Virus record (IMG/VR): IMGVR_UViG_3300012929_000019
Location: 1 to 60,409 of that record
Source of the DNA: a virus
Taxonomy: Duplodnaviria > Caudoviricetes
Direction: 5' to 3' (one strand)
Length of the DNA stretch: 60,409 nucleotides
The translations under genes were made by a program, and so were the position numbers. Numbering within the stretch: position 1 is the stretch's first letter; every line of letters begins with the position of its first letter. Below the pieces are notes generated by a model. That model did not search any database, was not told the origin of the DNA, and worked only from the letters and a program-made list of their open reading frames with translations. Of this stretch, positions 8,796-16,686 are shown piece by piece.

Positions 8796-11700
8796 TTAAA
8801 TACCGCTCGCGGTCACGTTGCTAAAGCCCTTGGGTCCCAGGTGGTTATAGGCCTTCGTGGCGGCGTCATGAAAATTGTGCGCATCGCTATTTCGTAGCCG
8901 CAATGCCTGCATACCAACATGCGCTAACACCGTGACCTCATGCTCATTAGAACACCCAAACCCGCTCATATACGTGCTCAAAACCTGGGAAGCTGGCACC
9001 TTCGCTGAGAACACCGAACCCTTACTGCCACTGAAACCCGTAGCAGTGGAATACTTGGTGCTGAACGAGCTGATGGGCTGCAGCTTGACCCCCGCGATCT
9101 CTGGATGGACGCCACCACTTATCTTCATGCCACGTGCCACGTACACGTCCTTGACCCCGCGCGCGGCGAGGTCGGCCTGCGTCGCGCGGTACATCCCACC
9201 AACAAATTCCTGAAGGCCGGCCGCCACGATCTTGGTATCTATTTCCTTACCGAATGACTTACCAGCCTGCTTCATCACGTTCTCCTCAGACCCCGCGTTC
9301 TTGATCGCCGATAGCGCCTTCATTGAAAGGTCCTTTTCTTGCATCCCAAACAGATCGCGCGCCGCGAGCTGCATGCCAACGGACACCGCGTTGTTGTCGC
9401 CTGACGTACCGGCCCATGAACCCACCAATCTTGACTCAAGCGTAAACTGTTGCGGTGTGCTTGAGGTGTCACCATTCGCGCTTTTGAGCGCTTGGAAGTT
9501 AGGGCTGTCTTTCAACTGCGCGGCAAGCAGGCCCTGCACGTACGCCTTATTTTCCTCAGACGTGCCGCTCGATTTGCCGAGTGAAGAATGAAGCTCGTTC
9601 GCACCTTTTTCAAACGCTGACGTTGGCCCCTTGAAGTCCTCGACCGCTACCTGCTTGAACCCCTCTGGCACGGTATCCTTCGGAACGCCGACGCGCGCAG
9701 CGTCAGATGGCGTATACTCAACCACGGCTAACTTGGGCCCACCCACTGACTCCGGCTTCGCCGTTGCTGGCCCAAAAGGTTTCTCCGCGGCAACGGGCTT
9801 GGCTCCCAGCGTCCCCGCCTTCTCCTTTGCCGTATCGCTCTTCCACGTCTCGTGCGCCTGCGTTGGAGCCATGCCAATTTTCAAATTAGCTTGAAGATTT
9901 TTATCAGCTTGGTATACCGTGTCGCCAGGCAGCTTCGGATCAGTTTTAACGCCGGTGGTATTTTGCTTCCACTCAGCCATCGCCTCGGCCTTCGCCGTCT
10001 TGAAATTCTGGATCGCGGCCGCGCTATTGCTGCCCGCCTTCAATTGCTCGAGCGCTGAGTTGAGCTTGCCCTGGTAGACCTTGTCAGCCTCCGCGGTCGA
10101 TATCTTCCCACCAGTGCTCTCAGGTTTACCCACGCTTTCAGGCTTTCCGATCGCTTCTGGTTTACCCACCACCTCCGGCTTCCCGATGCCTACAGGCTTT
10201 CCCATGCCCTCAGATTTACTTGGCTCGAGGTGCATCAGGCCGGTGGTCTTGTCCTTGACGATGTTGAGCACGAGCTTGTCTGAGTAGAGCCCGTTCTTAA
10301 GGTACGAGATCGACGACTTCAACGACGATTCTTTCTCACCCGTCGCCGCCGAGAGCTCAGCGTAGCTGAACTCATGGCCCGACTTGAAGAGATCGTACAC
10401 CTTGCCCTTGATGGTCGTCTCTTTGGTCGACGTCGGCTTCTCGCCCGTGCCGCCCGTCCACTGGTTGCCATGGAACTCGTGGCCAACCTCCTCCTTCGCT
10501 AATTTTCGCGTGTGCCGCCACTGCAAATCAAGAAACCCAACGATCATCCAATGCAGAGCAGAGGCTTCCGCGTGCAAAGCAGCGGCCTTAGAGTTCAGGT
10601 AATCGCATTCGTAATGCTTCGCAGCGATGGCGTGCAGTTCATACGCGCGCCGATGGTCATTCAGGCGGTCGACAATAACCTCGTGCCCCAGCGCCGCACT
10701 CAGGGTCGCCGCGAGCGCACGGCCTCCAATACGTTGCCCATCACGATCTTCACGTGCCGCGGACGTGATCGCAAGATTAGCGAGCACCACCAATTCCTCA
10801 TTCCATGCTTCCTCCTCAGGCGAGGGCGTATGGGCCTCATAATCGTCCGCATACCCTAATGGGTTATTGTAGTTGTGAGCTTCGGCATAATCATCGGCCT
10901 TCGCCATTTTCTCGGTGTCGTCCTCTTCCTCCGCATCGGCCTCCTCTGAATCGGCCTCTTCTGAATCGGCCTCTTCTGAATCATCAGGTTCTTCGTCGCT
11001 GCTTTCCTCATCACCTGGGTACGACGCCGTCCAGTCGCAGAGGCAGTTTTTTACCACCAACCCGCCGTTATTGTATAATCCGGTTGTCGTAGAAGCATCA
11101 AACGCATATCCAACAAAGGATGATTTATGGCAGGAAATAACTCGATAGCAATGAAACTTTGGTGGTCCAAACAAAAAGGTGCTAAACGCGCGCAAATAAC
11201 TGCTGCCGCCCATATTGCCAACTGCGGTAGAAAACGTTCGCTCAAAGAACGCTTGACAGGTGCTACAACTCGCTACATGCGCGGCACTGGTATCGGCCCC
11301 CGTGAGTTGGCATTTGCGCAACTGCTCGATGCCAAGAGGATCAAGTACCGGCAACAGACCCCGTGCAGGTCTTACAGCATCGACTTCACCATAGATAAAT
11401 TCCTCATCGCCGTGGAAATAGTGAGTGGCTTTGGCAATGTTCGTACTGCCAAAAATAAGGTGCATCGCCTTAAAAGCGTCCTCAAAGAATGGAATCTTTT
11501 TGAGGTTAGGTTGACGCCCGCAAGAGGGAGTCAAACTCGCGTTCAGTTTACACCGAACGTCATACAAGAGCTGGTCGCCTTCGCGAAGTTCTGCCGCCTT
11601 AACAAAGCCACGGCGGGTCAGCACCGGGTGGTTAGGCCCAATGGTGAGCGCTATCCTCTGAGAGGGTATGGGGCTGGCAATCCGCGCCACATCACGCCTG

Positions 11701-13334
11701 GGCAGATCAAAAAAACCGCGTTGATGTTTCACGCCGGCGCATCGCGCCAAGCTATCATTGACGCTACCGGCATCTCTAGGCATAAGATCAACGGTATCAT
11801 GGCAGGCCTCGGCCTCAAGCGTAACAGCTGGCCCCGAGTACGCCGCTCTCACTAGCTGCCGCGTCTTACCATACGCAACGTAGGTAGTGCCATCGAAGCA
11901 GGCATTCGGATGTGCTGGCGGAAAGTCATTCCCGTTATCATCAAAATCTTCATCCATATCCACCACGCCAGCGTCCGCGCAGTCGTTGCACTCATCTTCA
12001 TAATCATGGTCGTCAGACAACAACCACTTCTTCCCCGTCGCTCCCGCCTCCGTCGCCACATCGATACGCCCGCGCGAGTGCGCCATCGCGAGCTCCGTGT
12101 GGGCGATCAAGTTAGCGCGCGCCTCAGAGAACGCGAAGTTATTTTGTAGCTCGAGCTCGAGCTCTGGCTTTGACCATCCTTCCGTGATCGCGTCCTCAAT
12201 GGTGCCGCGGATCGAGTCCCGCGTCGTGTCCTCAAGACCTGAGATCAGCTCCGCCGAATGCTCCTCCGCGTACTTCTCTGCTCCCTTATCAACCACCTCG
12301 AACAACGAGGCTGCGTCAGCAGCACTGACTCCCGCAGCTGTTATTTCCTCATACCCTGCGTCCTCAAACGCTTGGCTCATCGCGGGCGTCAAGGTGTCGG
12401 CGATCGCAAACCAATCCCCGTCATCCACCGCATCGAGGATCTCGGTCACCGTTGCTGCCGATATCACCTCTCCATCTACCGTAAGCACATCACGTGGCTT
12501 GCGCGCCTTCACGAGCTCAACAGCTCCCTGCGTGATCCCCGCCTGCTCGAATATCTCCGCCATCGATGGAGGCAATTTCTTTTCAGACTGCGCGTATCCA
12601 GCGTGCGTCCACGCGGCAAACGCCTCGGCAAACATCTCGTGATCATCCGTGCCGGCATAACGCGAGACCCCAGCCTCCCAATATTCTTTAGGATGCTCAT
12701 CGAACACGATGCGGATTTTTTTTCCGATAACTTCCTCAACCCGTGGCATGACGAGATGCCCCAACTCATGCGCGAGCACCGTCTTAAAATCACGACCCAC
12801 GTTGTGGGCCCCAACGCCTAACGTAAGCTCAGTAGGCTCATCATCGAACAACCGCCCGCAGGCGATGTAGAGCGTCGCCTCATCGAGCTCATAGTCGGCC
12901 ATCGCTCCCGCGTAGCACCCGGTGGTGATTTCGTCCGTCGGGTAGAGCACGATCAGGCCCAGCGGGTAGCCCGTCGTCAGGGCCGCGCGGACCACGGCGC
13001 CCGCGTCACTCAAGCTGTCTAGGGTGCTCAGGATAACGCCTAGCGCGCGCTCCAGGGGCACCTGGCTGCCCGTTTCGTCACGTATCTGGGCGCCGTAGAA
13101 CGCCCTGAGAGCGCCCCTGGCGCCACCCCCGCTAGAGACGCCCTTCTTAAGCCCTCTGGCCGCCTCTCTGGCGCTCTTAAGGCGCCGCCAGGCGCCCCTG
13201 GCGATGCTGGAGCTAAGGGCGGCGAGATGCCTTGATAAGTCGCTGGTGAGCGGCCTCACGTTGCGGTGAACGTATCGTTTGAGCGGGGTAGCCGTGCCAC
13301 GTCGCTTTGCGAAAGGGGGATGCGCTCCCCGCAC
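8796..13334 (-). CDS. Multidomain MuF (head morphogenesis) protein: zincin peptidase, MuF (intein-split), wHTH, ADP-ribosyltransferase
   Basis: GTG start with AAGGAGG RBS; HELGH...SRYA....EMFAEAF; ARANLIAHTE...KKW...C..C...PPAHPN/CLC; wHTH FSYAELSAATG; C-terminal VARG...SSFST...EHE. Confidence 0.85.
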   Translation of the reverse strand: MRGAHPPFAKRRGTATPLKRYVHRNVRPLTSDLSRHLAALSSSIARGAWRRLKSAREAARGLKKGVSSGGGARGALRAFYGAQIRDETGSQVPLERALGVILSTLDSLSDAGAVVRAALTTGYPLGLIVLYPTDEITTGCYAGAMADYELDEATLYIACGRLFDDEPTELTLGVGAHNVGRDFKTVLAHELGHLVMPRVEEVIGKKIRIVFDEHPKEYWEAGVSRYAGTDDHEMFAEAFAAWTHAGYAQSEKKLPPSMAEIFEQAGITQGAVELVKARKPRDVLTVDGEVISAATVTEILDAVDDGDWFAIADTLTPAMSQAFEDAGYEEITAAGVSAADAASLFEVVDKGAEKYAEEHSAELISGLEDTTRDSIRGTIEDAITEGWSKPELELELQNNFAFSEARANLIAHTELAMAHSRGRIDVATEAGATGKKWLLSDDHDYEDECNDCADAGVVDMDEDFDDNGNDFPPAHPNACFDGTTYVAYGKTRQLVRAAYSGPAVTLEAEACHDTVDLMPRDAGSVNDSLARCAGVKHQRGFFDLPRRDVARIASPIPSQRIALTIGPNHPVLTRRGFVKAAELREGDQLLYDVRCKLNASLTPSCGRQPNLKKIPFFEDAFKAMHLIFGSTNIAKATHYFHGDEEFIYGEVDAVRPARGLLPVLDPLGIEQLRKCQLTGADTSAAHVASCSTCQAFFERTFSTAVGNMGGSSYLRAFSTFLFGPPKFHCYRVISCHKSSFVGYAFDASTTTGLYNNGGLVVKNCLCDWTASYPGDEESSDEEPDDSEEADSEEADSEEADAEEEDDTEKMAKADDYAEAHNYNNPLGYADDYEAHTPSPEEEAWNEELVVLANLAITSAAREDRDGQRIGGRALAATLSAALGHEVIVDRLNDHRRAYELHAIAAKHYECDYLNSKAAALHAEASALHWMIVGFLDLQWRHTRKLAKEEVGHEFHGNQWTGGTGEKPTSTKETTIKGKVYDLFKSGHEFSYAELSAATGEKESSLKSSISYLKNGLYSDKLVLNIVKDKTTGLMHLEPSKSEGMGKPVGIGKPEVVGKPEAIGKPESVGKPESTGGKISTAEADKVYQGKLNSALEQLKAGSNSAAAIQNFKTAKAEAMAEWKQNTTGVKTDPKLPGDTVYQADKNLQANLKIGMAPTQAHETWKSDTAKEKAGTLGAKPVAAEKPFGPATAKPESVGGPKLAVVEYTPSDAARVGVPKDTVPEGFKQVAVEDFKGPTSAFEKGANELHSSLGKSSGTSEENKAYVQGLLAAQLKDSPNFQALKSANGDTSSTPQQFTLESRLVGSWAGTSGDNNAVSVGMQLAARDLFGMQEKDLSMKALSAIKNAGSEENVMKQAGKSFGKEIDTKIVAAGLQEFVGGMYRATQADLAARGVKDVYVARGMKISGGVHPEIAGVKLQPISSFSTKYSTATGFSGSKGSVFSAKVPASQVLSTYMSGFGCSNEHEVTVLAHVGMQALRLRNSDAHNFHDAATKAYNHLGPKGFSNVTASGI
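10936..10980 (-). repeat. 15-nt coding tandem repeat (SEEAD, about 3 copies)
   Basis: tcggcctc(c/t)tctgaa repeated in the acidic linker after the MuF domain. Confidence 0.8.
11050..11079 (+). promoter_or_regulatory. Putative sigma70 promoter for the antisense endonuclease
   Basis: TTTACC-N18-TATAAT (perfect -10 at 11074-11079), ~50 nt upstream of an AAGGA-preceded ATG at 11127. Confidence 0.55.
11127..11855 (+). CDS. DUF559/Vsr-like PD-(D/E)xK endonuclease with C-terminal HTH, encoded antisense inside the MuF intein
   Basis: E..F...L....I.Y.QQ.....YSIDF.....LIAVEI nuclease motif; basic N-terminus; HTH GASRQAIIDATGISRHKI; own RBS. Confidence 0.75.
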   Translation: MAGNNSIAMKLWWSKQKGAKRAQITAAAHIANCGRKRSLKERLTGATTRYMRGTGIGPRELAFAQLLDAKRIKYRQQTPCRSYSIDFTIDKFLIAVEIVSGFGNVRTAKNKVHRLKSVLKEWNLFEVRLTPARGSQTRVQFTPNVIQELVAFAKFCRLNKATAGQHRVVRPNGERYPLRGYGAGNPRHITPGQIKKTALMFHAGASRQAIIDATGISRHKINGIMAGLGLKRNSWPRVRRSH

Positions 13335-14910
13335 GTGCCTCCTTTTTGTTTTTGGGCTTCTTAGCGCTCGAGTCGAGCCCGTCTTTAGGATTATCTTCTG
13401 ATACTTTCACATCAGTCGGCTTTTGATCAGGTTTAGCTAATTGCTTGGGGGCTTTCGCCTGTCCGCGCGCAGCCACCCCTCCGCCCGCAGTGATCGGCTT
13501 CTCAGTTTTTGGGTCTACTGCATTGGGGGGCTCAGTACCCGGCGCTGCCCCATTCGCCCCGCCTCCCCCCGGTGCCAATGCCGTTCCATCGATCAGCGAT
13601 TGAATCGATATCGGACCCGTCGGCTGATAGATCATCGCCCCAATCCCGTAAGGCTCAAGCCCATCACGTTGCCGCAGTTCATCGAGCGAACGTGAGCCAT
13701 TGCGCAGTAGCTTGTCATCGATCGCGCTCTGAGTTTCCGGGTCGTTCTCCTGCTCCATCGACCATTTAAATTCGACACCCTCTAATTTGAGTCCCTCATG
13801 GATCACGTTATCCATGACTGATTTCAAGAACGTGAGCTGCGGCCCCAATCCCTCATCCCGTGCCTCCTCTTGCGCGGTGAACGCGGTAGCACGGTTCACG
13901 GCTTTCGTAAAGGGTGTCGGGGCGATGCCAAAGGTGAAGCACATGATCCGGATCAACCATTCATCGAACTCCGCCTTAAGAAGGGCTTCCTCCGATTTGA
14001 ACTCATGAATATTTTTGGCTGTCTCCGCAGGCACGAACCACAAACGCCGACGGGCCGCCGTATCACCCGCGAGCAACGCATCCATGGCTGTTTGCAATGT
14101 ACCAATCTGATTCATATTCCAGCCCGCAGGCACACCCGCAAGGGCGGCAGGGATATTTCCTTCCGTGAAGTATTGAAGCTGTGACACCTCGCGGCGAAGT
14201 CCGATCTGAATCGTGATCAGGATCTGCTCGACCTTTGAATACCCATAGATACGATCCGAGGACGGATTAGAAATGAAGTACATCAGCTCAGAAGACAAAA
14301 AATCCGCGGTCGGTACTCCATGTAACACTTGTTGATAAGCCGGGAAGGGCGGAGCGGGGCGCCGGCCCGATTCATCGATCACCAATTTAATCGTGGACGG
14401 GTCCACGGTCTCGATCCGCTGAAGCTGCTTACCCTGATACACGGGCCACAATACAATGGCGTCAAGGACGAGCATATCCTCTACAATTGATCTCATCCAT
14501 GTATTCCAATTCTGTCGCCCATCGGGGCATTTGAGAAACTTGGTAGCGGCGGCTGCTTTGTTAACTAGCTCCTCGCTATCATCCGTATCCGCTGCTACCG
14601 CCTCATCGGTCGGCACCACGGACCAATCGAAGTTCGAGATTTGATCCTTACGCTTCTCTATTAGGATTCGCAGGATATCGTAGAATTTAGCAAAGTTACG
14701 CAGCGCGTAGAAATCGATTCCTGAATCGCGACGCGGACGCGTTGAGATGTTGTAACCCGCGAGATAATCAAAGCGCCGGCCCGCGGTCTCTTGATGCTGC
14801 GGCTGCAAGGGGAGTTGTGGGGAGAACCATCCGCCCGTCAACCCATAGGTCACAGCTTGCGTCAGGCGCTTCGCAAAAGAGATCGGAATAATTGCTCGAG
14901 GATCTGTCAT
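13213..14910 (-). CDS. Portal protein
   Basis: 565 aa after TerL; LVLDA, VDPSTIK...D..GR.P.PP.PAYQQV.HG, YGYS.VEQI, YFTEGNIP motifs. Confidence 0.9.
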   Translation of the reverse strand: MTDPRAIIPISFAKRLTQAVTYGLTGGWFSPQLPLQPQHQETAGRRFDYLAGYNISTRPRRDSGIDFYALRNFAKFYDILRILIEKRKDQISNFDWSVVPTDEAVAADTDDSEELVNKAAAATKFLKCPDGRQNWNTWMRSIVEDMLVLDAIVLWPVYQGKQLQRIETVDPSTIKLVIDESGRRPAPPFPAYQQVLHGVPTADFLSSELMYFISNPSSDRIYGYSKVEQILITIQIGLRREVSQLQYFTEGNIPAALAGVPAGWNMNQIGTLQTAMDALLAGDTAARRRLWFVPAETAKNIHEFKSEEALLKAEFDEWLIRIMCFTFGIAPTPFTKAVNRATAFTAQEEARDEGLGPQLTFLKSVMDNVIHEGLKLEGVEFKWSMEQENDPETQSAIDDKLLRNGSRSLDELRQRDGLEPYGIGAMIYQPTGPISIQSLIDGTALAPGGGGANGAAPGTEPPNAVDPKTEKPITAGGGVAARGQAKAPKQLAKPDQKPTDVKVSEDNPKDGLDSSAKKPKNKKEARAGSASPFRKATWHGYPAQTIRSPQREAAHQRLIKASRRP

Positions 14911-14917
14911 TTCAAAT

Positions 14918-15094
14918 CTACCTTTTTACTATACGATCGCGCATCTTCGCAATGACCCGCTGTATACGATGAGATTCAACGCCCATACGGGCAGCCATCT
15001 GTTTCTCATTCCCTAATGCACGGCGCGCCTTATACCAATCTTCAATCACCTGAACCTGCGCCATTGTGAACTTAACGTAGCGTGCTCGCGTCAT
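14918..15094 (-). CDS. Small HTH-like protein (58 aa) between terL and portal
   Basis: Below the ORF-track cutoff; ATGA overlap with the terL stop; MTRARYVKFT...NEKQMAARMGVESHRIQRVI. Confidence 0.5.
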   Translation of the reverse strand: MTRARYVKFTMAQVQVIEDWYKARRALGNEKQMAARMGVESHRIQRVIAKMRDRIVKR

Positions 15095-16683
15095 GTTAAT
15101 GCCGTGCCTAAGGCAGCAAAGGGGTTCTTGGAATTCACAGGCATCGAGGATATCGGAGCCGTAGCCTCTCCATTCGCAGGCGTCTTAGCCCCCAATGATT
15201 TTGCCCACGCGAGGATACCTGCATTCGATCCCTGCACCACCACATAATTCACGAGCTGTGTAAACGCGTCCACGCGATCATCATGAGGGGCCTTCGGAAA
15301 TGAGAATAGCTCCGCCAGGAATAGCTCAACCCAGGGCTCGGGCACTCCATGTTCATCGCACGGAAAAAACACGCGATTAGACTCCCAATAAGGCACGAGC
15401 GGCCACGCGCGTGCAACTTTATCGATTCCCACGGGTACCGCGACGATGGGCAGCGAGGTCGTGGCGTTCAGCTCTTGGATCAACTGCTGCCCCGATTGCT
15501 TATCCTCAATGAGCAACGCCGATGCGCTAATACGCGCGGCCTGCATGATCGTCGCTTCCTTCAGCCCGGGGTACCCCGTCTTGATCCGCACCTCCTCCGC
15601 AATCAACACCCCTCGATCAAATTCAACGCCCACGAGCGACACACTCCAATCGTTTTGTTCCTTCTCCTTAACCGCGGTGTCCCAGGAAATCACCTTTTGA
15701 TAGATCGCAGTCGATGGAATGGACGGCGGATAGATAAATTGTGCATGGCCCCGCTTGAAAATTTCGCCTTGTAGCATCGAGGGGCGCTGCTGATGCTGGC
15801 CCTCATAACCTGATTGGCCTAGCACCCCACGCTCCTCCGCTAGCTTCTCAGGAGGGAACAGACGAGGGAACATTAGCGCTCCCTCGTCGACTCGAGGATC
15901 TGTCCACCCTAAGCTCGTAAAGCGCCGTTGATGCTCCTCCCATTCTTGCGGAATGATCAAGACCTCCCATGAATCGGGTAACAACTCGAGGACGTGGCCC
16001 ATGAGATCGTCTTCTCGTAAACGTTGCCCAATAATACAGCGTGTAGATCGCTCGCCTGGGCGTGACACGTCATCAGGCACGATACGATTGAACGCTCCCT
16101 GATCCCACCATTCCACATTGATACGATCGACTTCCACCTGTTGAAAGGCTAATTGCGCATCGAGAGGATCATCTACAAACACCCCATTATAACGCTCGCC
16201 CGTGATCCTTTGACCCGTGGTCGCAGCGACACGAATCCCGGTCCTGTTGTTCGCAAAAACGAGCTTCTCATTTTGATCTCGTTGAAAGCGCCACTGTATT
16301 TCAAACGTGCGTTTGTACCAGGCATCCTCCATGATCATACGGCACTTCAACGAATCGCGCGTGCGCACCTTGTCATTGCCTGACGCAAACACCCCTCGAT
16401 AAGCAGGGCGATCAATCCACATCCACGCGGGCAGACACACGGAGACAATGGTCGATTTAGAGGACCCCGGGGGCACGTTGATGATCAAATTATTTTTAGA
16501 AAGCTTATTTTGCACGAGCGCTTGGACATGAGCGCAGATTGAATCCATGTGCCAGTTCCACACCAAGGGCGTCGCCGGCTCAATGATCGGCCACGCCCCT
16601 TTCACAAACTCCGCGAGTGAACGGCGCATCCGTTCTGTGCGAATCGCGGAGAGGCTTGGAAGATGATGAGCAACAGCATTCAT
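15091..16683 (-). CDS. terL: Terminase large subunit
   Basis: LIINVPPGSSKS Walker A, VFVDDP Walker B, ISWDTA and FPKAPHDDRVDAFTQ RNase H-like nuclease. Confidence 0.95.
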   Translation of the reverse strand: MNAVAHHLPSLSAIRTERMRRSLAEFVKGAWPIIEPATPLVWNWHMDSICAHVQALVQNKLSKNNLIINVPPGSSKSTIVSVCLPAWMWIDRPAYRGVFASGNDKVRTRDSLKCRMIMEDAWYKRTFEIQWRFQRDQNEKLVFANNRTGIRVAATTGQRITGERYNGVFVDDPLDAQLAFQQVEVDRINVEWWDQGAFNRIVPDDVSRPGERSTRCIIGQRLREDDLMGHVLELLPDSWEVLIIPQEWEEHQRRFTSLGWTDPRVDEGALMFPRLFPPEKLAEERGVLGQSGYEGQHQQRPSMLQGEIFKRGHAQFIYPPSIPSTAIYQKVISWDTAVKEKEQNDWSVSLVGVEFDRGVLIAEEVRIKTGYPGLKEATIMQAARISASALLIEDKQSGQQLIQELNATTSLPIVAVPVGIDKVARAWPLVPYWESNRVFFPCDEHGVPEPWVELFLAELFSFPKAPHDDRVDAFTQLVNYVVVQGSNAGILAWAKSLGAKTPANGEATAPISSMPVNSKNPFAALGTALT

Positions 16684-16686
16684 GAT

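Larger units (their letters stand above)
11046..11903 (-). mobile_element. Intein in the MuF HPN-CxC motif (~286 aa)
   Basis: HPN|ACFDGTTYV block A, LTIGPNHPVLTRRGFVKAAELREGD block B, FVGYAFDAST..GLY..GGLVVKN|C blocks F/G; excision restores HPNCLC. Confidence 0.9.
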
